Shown here: positions 1 to 13,100 of the stretch, in pieces
How positions within the stretch are numbered: position 1 is the first letter of the stretch
Layout of the letters: each line of letters begins with the position of its first letter
Source: Anthoceros angustus
Lineage: Eukaryota; Plantae; Anthocerotophyta
Direction of reading: 5' to 3'
Assembly: GCA_010909165.1 (NCBI GenBank)
Contig: MU008167.1
Coordinates: forward strand, 434,001 to 498,000
Length of the DNA: 64,000 bases
Program-made: the position numbers and the translations under genes
The notes under the pieces: model-generated
The model's database searches: none
Told to the model about the DNA's origin: nothing
The model's input: only the letters and a program-made list of their open reading frames with translations

Positions 1-596
1 ATCAAATTTCAAAATTTATTAAAATACATAGGTATATATATAAAACTAATGGATATGTATAGAACTCCCCTAAATAGGCCCTAATTTTTCACACAAACCC
101 TAGATTCCTTATTTTCGGCATCATAAACTCATAAATTTTTACCTATTTAACATTTTAAGTATAATAATTTCTGAATTTTCAACTTTTAATAATTTTAATT
201 AATTAAAGCCGAATCACCCCTGGGGTACGGTAGTAACTTTACAGGGTGGCACCCTTTTTTTCGGAGATGTTTTCCGGAACGCATAAAAAACGATGTTTTA
301 GGGCCCATCAAAAACCCCCTTCAGAGATTATTTACGGAAAACCCCCTTCGAGATTATTCACCCCCTTCAAAAATTATGGTGTTAGGTGTAAGCTTGTACC
401 CTTTGTTGTATTTCGACGTATGCGTGTGTTTGCAAGATAGCACAAATCGTGTGGATAGAAGGAACCAGCTACATCTTTGAGTATGGATTGTTGTGAAGCA
501 TGGAAACTTGATGGAGGTATGTGTTTGATAGTATGGTGATGAAATCATCCAAAACTTCATAGGGTGTAGCTAGGAACAACAACATAATGATTTTTT

Positions 597-831
597 GTGT
601 GGTGTGTTATAAAAAGATTATTGATTGATTAGCTAAAATAATCAATTGCATAAGTAGCCACGACGCACCACGGCACAACACGATAGCTGTAACAATGAAA
701 ACACGCGGTCGTGTGTGGTGTGTTATAAATAGATTACTAATTGATTAGCTAAAATAATCAATTACATAAGTAGCCACAACGCACCACGGCACAACACGAT
801 AGCTGTAACAATGAAAACATGGCGTTCGTGT
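597..831. repeat. Direct tandem duplication, 2 x ~117 bp
   Basis: GTGTGGTGTGTTATAAA..GATTAGCTAAAATAATCAATT..CACGGCACAACACGATAGCTGTAACAATGAAAACA occurs twice back to back with few mismatches. Confidence 0.9.
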
Positions 832-1099
832 TGTGGAAGACCACATGTACACTAACCCCCCTCTGAAGTGTCGGGATGAACGATTTGTTTTGTTTTGGGT
901 GTGTTTGTTTGGCAAAGTGCTTTGAGAATCGCCTGGGTAAGGTCTTTTATACGGGAATGGTCCTTGGCCCTTGGTGATAATAATTTTCTTTTTTTCGGAC
1001 CTTAGGTTTCGACCCCGGATAGGTAGGTCGGAAATAGAGTCCTTGGGTTTTGGTAATTTTAGAAATAAGAAAGTGTCTATATATGCTAGGTGCCTACAT

Positions 1100-4000
1100 C
1101 CTGCTGCTGTGCCAAGAGGGAGGTGGCCCACCACGGTCAAGAACGGACGATGCACTGTGGGAGTTTACAACCCCTAGTGGCGGAGGAGGAGGAGGAGCGC
1201 AATCGAGAGAGGACACACCCAAAGACCGCGAGGTCGCGAATTTCCGTGCCAGACGCCGAGTGAGCCGCAAAGTTGGGCGCATGCTACAATTGAGGAGCTT
1301 CAAGATGAGGTCTCGCGAGTCCGAGGCGGTGGAAACAATGTCACCTCTGAGAAATTCAAGAAGGTGGCGGAGAGATACAAGCGGGAGAGAGGCTAGGGCC
1401 GAGTCTGCTACTGTAGAAGGCGAGAACAAGGTGGCGGAGGAAGGAAACCAGAATTAGCGAAGGAGGAAAGAAGCCGCTGAGGCAAGAGGGCCAGCGCAAA
1501 GAGGGGTGGAAGAAGCGTGCAAGGGTGGTGTTCCCTTTTTCGACCAGCGCAGTGGGTCGAGTTTTTCTGGGAAACAAGGAGAAGGAGATGGCGCCCGAGC
1601 CGCGAAATCCCACCATGCAGCGGCCCAACATGGACCACTGGAAGGTGAGAGCCGGCACCGGTGTGGAGAATTTAATTTATGGAGAAGAAATGGTGTTACG
1701 ACACCAAAGATTGGTGCAAGAGTGAGCCGGCAATTGAGAACCAGGTCGCAAGAGGGCGACGCGAGGAAGAGGCCGCAAAACTGGATTTGGGGCTCTTTCG
1801 AGCAAGGTATGGCGAAGCATCGAGGATGGAAGCTTGGTAATTGACCCCAGAGAAAGAAGACCCCGAGAGTGCTACCATGAAGCCGGGAGAAGTGAGGGTG
1901 AACAATGGATGGGTGACTCGCCAACTCGTGTTCACAGGTGGTGGGATTGGCCAAGTGGATTTTGTGTTTCGTAACCGAAGTTGGATCATATGGCGCACTA
2001 CTCGGTCTTTCTTCATGAGGTGGTTAAGGGTACACAAATCGATTGGGGGAGGATGATCTTTGAAAGAGCCTGTGAGGAGAAGGCGAATTTGCTCTCCCCT
2101 TCCCCTCGGCCCTCCTTGATTTCACCTTTTCTAATTCATGTATTCGCGCATTCAGGGTGTCTAACGGAGTTGAAAGCTGTTGCGTCTGCCCTTCATAGCT
2201 GGAAACCGGTCAGGAACTCAAGGTAGAGGAGGAGGAGTGTAAGGAGGATTCCGGAAGGATTCTAGCTTGGGAATGCGCCCCTAGAAGATTCGGATGAAGG
2301 TGGAGGTTTCCAAGGGCAAGAAGTGAGGGCGACGCGAGGAAGAGGCGTGGCGGAGGCGGCTAAGGGAAGGACACAAGAAGCAGAAGAGGAACCCAGCCAC
2401 ACCTAGGGTCACCAGTCGAAATCGGCGAGGCAGCGGGTGAAGGAGGAGAAAATAAAAGGGAAACGGCAAGTTGTTCCCCTCTCAGGTGCAGGGGATGAGT
2501 CGCTGCCGCTAGGAGAGATTGGAGCGGAGGAGGAGGCAGTGGCAAACCAACCCCTAGAAGAAGAGGGGTTAGTTTCGGCAGCCAAGTCCGCGACGGAGCT
2601 CCGGGACATTTTGGCGACATTTCACCGAATTCCTCAAGTGGAGATAGGTGACACCGCGGCAGAATTGTTGTGGAGGGAATGGGCACGGACAGCCCAATTC
2701 GAATCTGCAGCCCGACTTCGCCATGGCTCGAGGCGGATCTCCTCGACCGAGCGACCATGGCTCTCACCGGCCGAGTGCAGGGTTGCTCAAGGAAAGTTGG
2801 AGAGCCCGAAGGCGAGAACAAGGTGGCAGAGGAGCGCAGACGGAATGCGGGCGGCCCTATGCAAGGCATGTGAGCCTAAGGGCCATGTCCACCCAACAGA
2901 GGCCTTAGTGAATCAGTCAAGGGGCGCATGCTACAATTGAGGAGCTTCAAGATGAGGTCTCGCGAGGGAGTGGAAACAATGGCGCCCGAGAAATTCAAGA
3001 AGTCATGAGAGATACAAGCGAGAGAGATGAAGCTAGGGCCGAGTCAAGAGAGAGGCGGCCAAACCAAGAAAGGCAAAGAATCATGAGGCGGAGGCGAAGC
3101 AACCACCGTGGAAGTAACCACCACGGTGGCTAAACCGCCACCGTCATGAAGGAGGAACCGAGGTGGGGAAGCCACCTGTGAGTACCGCAGATGGGAGGCG
3201 GATCCACAAAACCCAGCGGCCCAGGATTGTCCACGGGAGGAGAGGGTAAGGACCTCAGACGAAGGGCGACAGGCCGCAGCCCGGATGAGGATGCTCATGT
3301 CCTCGGCTTCGCATGGTGAGCGGTGCTCACTCTAAACGTGTATGTGGTTGTTGGGACAGAGGGGCGTAAACCTGGTCACATCTTGACCGCCACAGGCGTT
3401 TACGATGGTTCCTTGAATAGGGCTGGCGCCTACCTCCGCAAGTAGTGCCGGAGGAGATGAGCGAGGCGAGGCTGAGCATGGAGGGAGGAGCACAGTATGG
3501 CTGTCCGGTGAGGAGGAGGCGGGAAGATCCTGGATGGTCGAGGCGGGTGGCCAAGCCCACGGGAAGGCGCGAGAAACCGCAGTGCAGAGCGAGGTGGAGG
3601 TTTTGGGGAAAATCGCTCGGATCGGGCGTGGCGGAGGCGAGAGGGACCCCTATGGGCCGTGAGCTAGGCAAAGAATCATGAGGCGGCTACGATTTTAGAG
3701 GAGCGACATCATAGGTCCGGGGTTTCCTTTTGGGGTTAGGGGATAGGTGTTCGAGAAACTGCAGGCTGTAGTTACTGGATTGGTAGGGGTGCTCGTGGTA
3801 GGAGCTACAATTTTAGACCTTTGGAGAAGTGAGTCAGGCCGAATCAAGATGTATAAGAGACCCTTTGAGTGTCTCTCTTAATGCATAATTTGTGTGAACT
3901 TCCGTGTTGAAGCTATGCGCGAGGTTGGTTGGAGACGCCCCATCAAGATCAAACTCGTTCGATGCACCTTCTCGTCACAAGAAGGCCGGAAGATCCCCGG

Positions 4001-4130
4001 ATGGTCGAGAGCGAGTGGCCAAGCTCCACGTCTGGAAGTGGTGGAAGGTAACGGGCGCACACCGGGGAAGAGGTAGGAATTGCCGCGGAGGCGAGAACAA
4101 GGTGGCGGAGGCGCGGATCGCCAAGCACCA
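1100..4130 (+). mobile_element. Degenerate purine-rich coding remnant, probably an accessory ORF region of a transposable element
   Basis: Broken ORFs including IDWGRMIFERACEEK...SLISPFLIHVF (1981-2226); block 1279-1405 recurs at 2926-3043; motif GGCGAGAACAAGGTGGC recurs at ~1419, ~2811 and ~4090; no RT/integrase motifs seen. Confidence 0.3.
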
Positions 4131-4186
4131 CCGATTTTCTCTGTTCTTCCTTCCCAAACTGTTGCCTCCAGGCGTGTTTTATTCCT

Positions 4187-4293
4187 AGAGGGGGATCTGT
4201 GTGGCCCAAGAGGGGGTCTGTGTGGCCCAAGAGGGGGTCTGTGTGGCCCAAGAGGGGGTCTGTGTGGCCCGAGAGGGGGTCTGTGTGGCCCAA
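4187..4293. repeat. 21-bp minisatellite (AGAGGGGGTCTGTGTGGCCCA) x5
   Basis: Five near-identical tandem units; explains the GHTDPLL/GPRGGLC repeats in the ORF track. Confidence 0.95.
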
Positions 4294-4871
4294 GGTGGAG
4301 GGGAGAGAAGATTTATTTGGGGAGTGGAAGGTCCCCGAAAGGAGAGTTGAGTGTGCGCTGTAAGGGACTGTGCGTATGGGGAAAATCCGGGAATGAGCGA
4401 GAAGAGTGGAAGTGAGTGGCGGAACCGCGGGGAACTAGCGGCGGGGGAAGGCGCGGCATTCGAGGTCGTGGTGCATAACCCCCGGAAAAGATCCGATCGC
4501 GGTCACCCCCGGATGCGAAGTAAGGGTGCATGTAGGTGTGTGTATGTCCATAGCCCCAAGGACTGCGCCAAAGAAGCCGGTGACAAATAGTCACCCGCGA
4601 CACGAGGGCGCACTGTGGGTGGGGCCCGCTACAGTGGTTGAACCAGCCACTACGGTGGTTGAGTCTCCCACGGTGGTGGATTTGGGCATGGTAGCTGAAT
4701 ACGGAGGGGTAGTGATCGATCGTGGTAGGGCTAGAGTCCATAGTTTTAGAACATCTTGGCACAAAACCATTCCCTTGGGATCGAATCTTAGGACTATAAC
4801 GACATAGAGGGTAAATGTGGCCTCTTTGCATCTTCGGATGCAAAACCCCATTCCACACGTGTATGTTAACA

Positions 4872-5037
4872 GGAGCCGGAGTGGCATGCTATCCGTGCCT
4901 AGCGGAGCGGTGTGTACAAGGCTTGCCTTGTACATGGATAGGGTTCGCCTTATCGAGCCGGAGTAGCATGCTATCCGTGCCTAGCGGAGCGGTGTGTACA
5001 AGGCTTTCCTTGTAGATGGATAGGGTTCGCCTTATCG
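4872..5037. repeat. Tandem duplication, 2 x ~83 bp
   Basis: GAGCCGGAGT(G/A)GCATGCTATCCGTGCCTAGCGGAGCGGTGTGTACAAGGCTT..GGATAGGGTTCGCCTTATC twice. Confidence 0.9.
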
Positions 5038-5292
5038 CCTTGCAAAGGGCGTCGGCCAACACCATCTTTAGGACGATCACGAGTCCAGGAGACGCGGCAT
5101 CGGCGGCACCAGTGGTAAGTAGGCCCTTCCCTATCTCGGACGGCGTCATGTTGAGGGCGGTTGGGGAGTATAGGGTAGATTTGTGTGGGGGCACGCCCCC
5201 CCTGGCCTGGTGCCCTGTCGTGGGTGCTCCCCTTTCGCCTCGGGGTAGATGGGATTTCCTATCTCGTTCTTTTCATAAAGTCTCCACATTCC
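5038..5292 (+). mobile_element. 5'-truncated CRE-like non-LTR retrotransposon (3' end only) with 8-bp target-site duplication
   Basis: Encodes IALQRASANTIFRTITSPGDAASAAPVVSRPFPISDG, homologous to 61179-61440 and 38297-38580; flanked by CCTTATCG at 5030-5037 and 5293-5300; ends TAAAGTCTCCACATTCC. Confidence 0.85.
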
Positions 5293-5450
5293 CCTTATCG
5301 ATGGGCGGGGCTTGTCTTCCAGGGCATATGTGGAAGCTACCCTTGTACTCAAAGATCTTATGTGCGGGCCTTTCCTTCCCTATGGAAGTCCGTGTGGAGC
5401 CTTTCCTTTTCTCTCCCATCTCCTTCCCTTCCCTTCCTTCAAAATCACGT

Positions 5451-5635
5451 TTATAAATGTGTATCCAAATGGCTTAGGCCAAGTGGACACACATTTAGAA
5501 ACGTGGTTATTAAGCATCCTGCACTTGGATCGGTACTTAGATGGGGTGCCTAAAGGGAATGGATGCCCTTGGTGCAAGTAGCTTAGGCATACCATGGTAC
5601 AAGTTATTAAGTACTAAGTCCCATGACGGAAATCC
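5451..5635. repeat. Dispersed hairpin-rich repeat, copy 1
   Basis: Reverse-complement homolog of 56824-57002; hairpin TAAATGTGTATCCA...TGGACACACATTTA at 5454-5497. Confidence 0.8.
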
Positions 5636-7149
5636 GGCCTTAATGGACTTCAATAAAATTCTTCGTCTTCTTCCTTGCCTTTCATCCTTTTGGACCCGCG
5701 CGCTCGCACCGCACTCCTCTCGGCACGGTATCCTTTACCTCTTTGCATGGTAGCCTTTTTTACCATCCCCGAAGGATGGCGTCTAAACGAGCAACCGGGA
5801 TGTCGTGACAACCACGATGATCATATGACGTACATATGCAAGTCTACATGCACAATGACTTGACCACTTTATCGTCAATTCAAGAAGTCCGTTGAAGAAC
5901 GGACAACATGTGTCATGCATATTTTCGTTTTCTTTAATTTGCGTTCAATGTGCTTCTTTTGACTAGTGATGCATTTGAAGGAAGGACGGAAGGAAGGAAG
6001 GAGCCCGGGTGCAAACAATACGTACTGGGAAAGACTGTCATATATGCAGCTTGGAATCTCCTCTTGCGATCGCGCGATCTTCCGTGAAACTCTCTCCTGT
6101 TGGATGGCCGGCTGTGAACCTTCCACGGAAGGGTCGTCCTGGCGGAACCCTTCCCCGCAAGCGGACAGGCTCCAAACTGGCGAAACGACCGTCCCGGCGA
6201 AACGGGAAGGCAACACTTGGCCGCAGGGTCCGGGAAAAGTTCAGAGCGGAAGCTCTCGGGGTGTCTGTTCTGGCCGGCGCGGCTTCCTCGACCGCGCCTG
6301 ATCACCGCCTTCCGGAACCAGGTGACAGAGCCGGCCGGCTTGGTCAGGCGGCGTCTTCTTGGAGCAAATCGCGCTCGATTTGATGCAGGACGCAGGGTGG
6401 AAGATTCTGGTTGGAAAGGATTCCGCACTCTCTCAGGTGATTACGGGCGGATCAGACGCAGTTTTGTGCTCCTGGTATTGGAAATGGGTTGGTCGCAGAA
6501 TGTCAGGCTACTTTTGGAATTTCGGAGTGTGCGGTTAGAGTGGTAGTGTGAGCAGGATGCGTGCTCAGAGTGCAGCAGTTTTTGATCCCCGGGACGGATG
6601 TTCTGACTTCTCGCTGAATCCTGGATTTTTTCTGGAATTGAACTTGATCAGGGATTTGTGGTCTGAAGAGCTGGTTTGTTCTCGGCTGGGAATTTACAGG
6701 CTGTCTTCAGTGAATGAAATTTGTTTTCAGGTGCTGGATAGTGTACAAGAAGGGAAATTCCATTGCTGTATGTAGCGTTGTCGTGCACAAGTTTGGCTTC
6801 CGAGTGGCTCCGGACAAGCAATCCGCTCTCGGTTGAGTTTGAAGTGTGACTGGCTTTGACGGAACCAGGTCAGTTTCGGTAGGTAGAGCTCGGATGAAAG
6901 CGCTGGTGAAGTTATACCCAAGTGGACTCCAGCTGTTAGGGTCCTGCTCAAAGCAATTGCAAGTTCTTGACAATATATTTGCGGTTGGCATTCCAGGTCA
7001 AGCGGATCGCATCAGAGTCCTAATCAGTTGCTTGGACGATTTCCGGACAGGTTAATGTTGCAGCCTTGGTAGGAAGACTGCAATGTAGCAGTCGATAGCT
7101 CGAGGTGTCATGTTGCAAGACGTTTGCACAGTACAGACGTCAGAGCTAT

Positions 7150-10100
7150 ATGAATATGGAGACAAGGTCTGATGTGGAGCTGAGCACTCTTTTGACTTCT
7201 CCCGCGCATGATGGATGGCAAGATGAGGAGTCAGGCCCTGCAGGAGAGACAGAAAGCCTTCTTGGTGCTCAAGGATCAAGCCAATATGACACCGTGGACA
7301 GCCACCAGCTGCCAGATTTGGCAAGCAGAAAACAGCAACTCAAAGCTATGCTACGTCGTCAATGGCTATTTAAGGTTTGCTTTTATCTGGATCAGAAGTA
7401 GTATGAAGGTTTGTCGGAAATGCATGCAGGGAAGACTATTCACTTAAACTGTGGAGACGCTGTTTGATGAGTCTCTAGCTACCGAGTGGGTACAGACAGG
7501 ACAGGTTTCCAGATCAAGTCGGCAGATCTTTGCCTTCATCAAGCATGACCGTGTCATCATTTTCTTGATGCAGAAACGGGGGTGGGCGCAAACGGTTATG
7601 GAGCTTGTTAGTCCAATTCTCATGATGTCCCTACTGGTTTTAGGCTGGTCTCTGTCCACCCCAGTCCAGTACAAGACCACTATTTTTGCAAAAACTGGTC
7701 TACCTTTGATGGAGAGCTTCAATGCTGTGTTTTCTAACACCGATGGGCTCTTACAACTCTGTCCCGCAGCTGACCTATTGAAACGGGTACGTTGCTTCCT
7801 GTTCCTCCTTCATTTTAACAAGAGGAATGCCTGCAGCTAAACGCTTGAATGATGAACATTGACAGCAACCAGCCCAGGAGGAGCTTCAGGCTATACTTCA
7901 TCTTCTTCAACAGGAGTATCTGAAACGCTTGCTGCAGCCTGGTTTCCAGCCTGGTCTCCCGGGCATCACCAGCAATGGAACTACAGTGGATCAAATCCTA
8001 CCCCAACAACTTACAATCCCTCCTGATTTGATGGTCAGTGTGCTACAGTGTCTCACTGCAGCACAGGATTCGATCACCGCACTAAGTCTGTTTGGACATT
8101 ACAATGGACTTATCCCTGTGCCAACCTTTGATGCCTTTGTCGCAACTCACAAGATGATTAAGAATGCAGTCGGTACGTCAAGACATTACTATTCTCTGAG
8201 GCATGCATGTCCATCTAACAGCTGTCTCTTGTGCTTTTTTTCTACTGGGAGTTACTCAACTGGCTTTCTGGCTGCTGGGCCTGCAGTGGGGGGGAATGAG
8301 ACCTACGATGACATGGTGCGTGCTGAGAAAAAGCTTGGAAATATGGTATGTTCAGAACACTGAATGTATTTTTTTAGTCGGTAAAGCTCATTCCTCTACA
8401 TATTATTGACTGGGCAAGTATAACTTGCATCTGAACAAGGTGTATGTTTCTAACCCCTTGGGATTTGTGTGCATCCAATGTTGCAGATAGGAAACTTGCT
8501 TCACTTGGGCCTGATCACTTTTGCTCCAAATTCATCAGAGGTTGCAGCTCTTGTAGATCACATGCGAGCCAGTTATGAGGTGTCTTCTTTAACCCTTCCG
8601 ATCCTTGTGAGCTGCAACGTGGTGTGGGTTTTCCTGACTGCTCATTCTGAATGGTGAACATATTTATGTGGTTTCTGGTGCATGCATGCAGTCTTTTGCG
8701 GACTACTATGGTGGAACATTTGCTTCTGAGGAGGTAGTATTTTAGTATTGAGACAATTCCTTCTGCCATTGTTTCCAGGTTTCATGCATAATTTTTCAAC
8801 TATGTCCTGTACACTGTAGGATGCTATTGCTGCAGCATTATCCGACCTTGAGAACCAACTATGGGCAGTAGTGGTTGTAGATCGCCTTGATCCAATGAAT
8901 GGGGAGATCAGTTACAAAATCCGAATGAACTATACAACAGTTCCCAACACATGGCGTGTCACTCACAAACATCGTCATGGGCTCCTTCGATATTACAAGC
9001 ACTACTACACTTCCGGGTTCCTCAGCTTGCAGGTATTATGAATGTTCTCAGACTCTTGCCTGCCATCTACCTTGCCAAACACCTTGAGTGTGTTATTGGT
9101 CATGGCAGGACGCTATCAATTCTTACGTGTTTCAAAACCTTTCAATGACACCAAACGAGGCTGCTATATATTCAGGCCATCCAGTGTGGGGTGTTCCGTT
9201 TCCAGTCTCAGAATATTCTCACAACAAATTCTATGACGCGGTACTGCTCTAGACCTGGTCTTCTTGGAACCGTTTCTATCATGTATGACTTGGTGCCGTT
9301 TAGAATGATTTTCCTTACAGATTTTGTGAGTGGTGGCGGAGAACTCTGTCCAGTGGCTGCGCTCGTGACACAATTGTAGAGTAGAAGAGAGTGGTTGCGT
9401 CATTGAAGAATTCCTTTTTTATTTTTGTGGGGTGAATTTTCGGATATATTTTGGTGATAGTCTGGTTTCTTTGGCAGGTAGGACCTCTGATGGGGCTGGT
9501 GATGTGCCTTTGCACACTTTATCCTCTTGCTATGCTCGTGAAGGTTGTTGCTCTCAACTTCAAAGCAGTTGTCTAGAAACAAAATGGTTGATTATGTATG
9601 TGGCTGCTGGGCACGATTGAACTCACTCCCTTGGAACTAAAGTTTTTTCCCTGCCTCAGGCATTGGTTGAGGAAAAGGAAAGCAAGGCGAAAGAGACGAT
9701 GCTAATCATGGGGTTAAGGCCATGGATCTTCTATTCTGCATGGTTCATTACATACCTGGTTTGTACCCATTGGGTTGGCTTCTGCTTAGTCCAATTGTAC
9801 CACGGTATTTATGTGGGTAATAACAATGTTGGCTCTATAGATGTCAGTCCTGCTGATGGTAGGATGTATATGATTTGCCCAGGTTGTCTTCCTCACTATC
9901 TCCTTGTCTGTGACAATGCTTGTCTCGAGCACGTTCTTCCCAGAAAGGTATGCAACAAATGAGGGAACTGGTGGTGTTTTATTGACACATTTCGTACATT
10001 TTATGAGAGCTAACATCCCTGGTGGTCTTCTGGGCTACAGCGATCCCAGTTTAATTTTTGTTCTCTTCCTTCTGTTCACAAGCTCCCTGATCCCTTTTGG

Positions 10101-13100
10101 TAAGAGCCTTGAGCGAGTCTACTTGCCATCTTCTGTACGGGGTTTGAAGTGTCTTTAGTTTTGCTGATGCAATGTTTTTCTCGTGTTTTGTCAGGTTTCT
10201 TCCTATCAGTTTTCTTCTCAAAGTCCAAGTTGGCGGCCGTTGTTGCTCCGTTTGTGCACTTCGCAGCGATCATGCCACGTTACATTTTCTTTAGGGCAAG
10301 TAGTGGACAGGCCATTCCAGGCAAAGCTGTGGCGGCACTTTTGCCATCCACAGCTTTCACCTTTGGTACCTCACAGGCATTACGATGCACTATAAATATC
10401 TCTTGGCAGAACATGTGTGTTCCTCTCTAGGTGTTGGCCTGAGAACAAATTTCTGTTCTCTTGCTCACAGGTATTGACATGCTTGGACAGTATGAGGGCG
10501 CGAATTTTGGACTGACTTGGGCAAACTTTATGGAGGAGGAGTTCTCGTTCGCATACATACTGATGCTTCTCGTAGTTGACTTTTTTATCTACTCTGCCTT
10601 AGCTTGGTATTGCTCTGCACTTGATATGCTGAATTTTTTTGATGAATTAAAATCTCTTGTTTGTTTACTCAAAACTCTCTACTTCTGCTGCTAGTTCCCT
10701 GTTTGGGTGTGTCATGAGGGTCTAGTCACTGCAGCTCTTGGCATGTTCAACAGGTACTTGGAACAGATTCTCCCCTCAGAATTTGGAGCACCGTTACGAC
10801 CTTGGTTTATGTTCAGCCGATCCTACTGGTTGGGGGATGCTAAGATCTCAAGCAAGCTGAAATACGAGGTACATCTGATGGATGTTGAAGTACAGCAGTT
10901 GTACGATTCCAGAGAATGCTGTGTGTGTGAACACTTAGCTTGACCACCTGTATTTTTGAATCTGCAGATACCAACACACGAAACAGAACAGGATGGGCAT
11001 AGAGACGTTGAACCTATAACCTCTCAGAGTAGTCCAGCAGTTCAAATAAGGGGCCTGAAGAAGGTTTATGCTGGAGGGAAAGTGGCTGTAGAAGGGTTGG
11101 ACTTGGACATATTTGAAGGTCAAATTACGGGTCTTTTAGGTCACAATGGGGCTGGAAAGTCAACCACTATCTCCATGCTAACTGGCCTTATAAGGCCCAC
11201 ATCAGGCCAGGCGAAAATCTGGGGCTACAACGTCTTAACGAACATGAATGAGATTCGAAGGTGCATCTTCTAGCTTTGCTGGTGCCAGGTACTTGCATGG
11301 TTGGGATTTCACTGACTTCGTATCTCTATTCAGGATGATTGGTGTCTGCCCACAGCAAAACGTACTTTTTCAGCATCTAACTGTGGAGGAACACCTAGAG
11401 CTTTATGCTGCTATCAAGGGGGTCCCTGACAAGCTTATTGAATTGGCAGTCCATGACATGGTCACCAGAGTTGAACTAACAGATAAGCGTCTGTCGCCTG
11501 CATCCAGCCTTTCGGGCGGCATGAAAAGGAAGTTGCAGGTACATATCTGGTGCAGAGTCTCACTTGGTTGGCACAGCCCTGTGCAAGTGGTTCCTAGAAT
11601 AAAGATCTTAAGTACTGCTGGGAAATCGCAGGTAGGCATAGCTATGATTGGAGGATCAAGAGTTGTCTTCTTGGATGAGCCAACCTCGGGCATGGACCCT
11701 CATGCAAGACGTGGAATGTGGCAACTTCTGCACACGTTCAAGAGTGGACGCGCTGTTGTTCTAACTACTCACTATATGGATGAGGCGGACGTCCTTTGTG
11801 ACCGCATAGCTATAATGAGTGAAGGGCGCCTGAGATGTTGTGGCAGTAGCCTCTTTCTGAAGGTAAGCCATTTTCCGATGTGACCAGCCTTACATTCCTG
11901 TTTGCTGAGGGAGATTGCTACATCTTGGTTTGACAAATCTTGTGGCTTGGTAGGCACAATATGGTGTAGGGTATCATCTGATAATGACAAAGGACAGCTC
12001 AGACTGCAATATGTCCGCTGTGGAAGGGTTTGTTCTTAGCCATGTGCCGCAGGCTATTCCTCTGAGCTGTGCAGGAGGCGAGATCAGTTTTCAACTGCCA
12101 ATTGAGAGCAAGAGTATCTTTGCAGATTTTTTTCATCAGCTTGAACAGCGCAAAGCTGACCTGCACATAGGTAAAATATGACCAAAGATGAAGGCTGTCC
12201 TGCTCCCTTTTCTGGCTTGTGAATGCACAGCTGGCAGCGAAGTTATTATGAATGTACATGTGTACAGGTAGCTTTGGGGTGTCGATGACTACTTTGGAAG
12301 AAGTTTTTATTCGTTTGGCTACTGAAGGGGACAGGCAGCACCCACTTACACCTACTGAAGCTGAAACTAATAATACCAAGGATGAGTTAGAGGAAGAGTC
12401 GGTGTTGGGCACCCTTACTGTCCCTGTTAAGACATCAGGAAAGGATAGTCAAAATTCAGCTCGAACATTGGAAAAGAGAGCTGGCTGTGGCTTTTGGCAA
12501 GCATGGTTTGAATTGTTTAAGAAACGCGTCATTATAGCACGGCGCGACTTAAAGGTTAAAGGAGCATCTTTCGTTTATATTTCCCTTCATTGCACTGCTC
12601 CTCAGGGTGGAGTGGAGACTAATAGTTGCCCAAGACTTTCTGGGCTTTATTGTTATTCTAACATTTGTGGTGCTGGCCTTGTTACAGGGGTTGTTGAACT
12701 CAGTTTTGCTGCCAGTTGCAGTAATTGCCTTTGTTATGCTTATTCTGAAGCTTAGCGTCAATCCTGCGGGGCCCAGGTTGCAACTGACTTATGATATGTA
12801 CAAGTCACAGGCCCGACCAGACCAAAGAATCCCAGTTTTTGTTGCTGGAACTAATGCAACTTCTGTAGCCAGTTTGGCTGATGACAGCCACATGGGCATT
12901 CAGGTCATCAGTAGTGTAAATAACAGTGTTGAAATGAGTAGTGCACTTCTGTCTGCTCCTCATGATCCTGCCAAATATGGTAAGAACTTGCTCATTAAAA
13001 GTCAAACCATTTGTGGCGTGACTTGATGTTGTGACAGTTTATTTCCGTGGTTGCAGGAGCCCTTGTTTTCAAGGATACAGTGTTGCTGGATCAAAATTTC

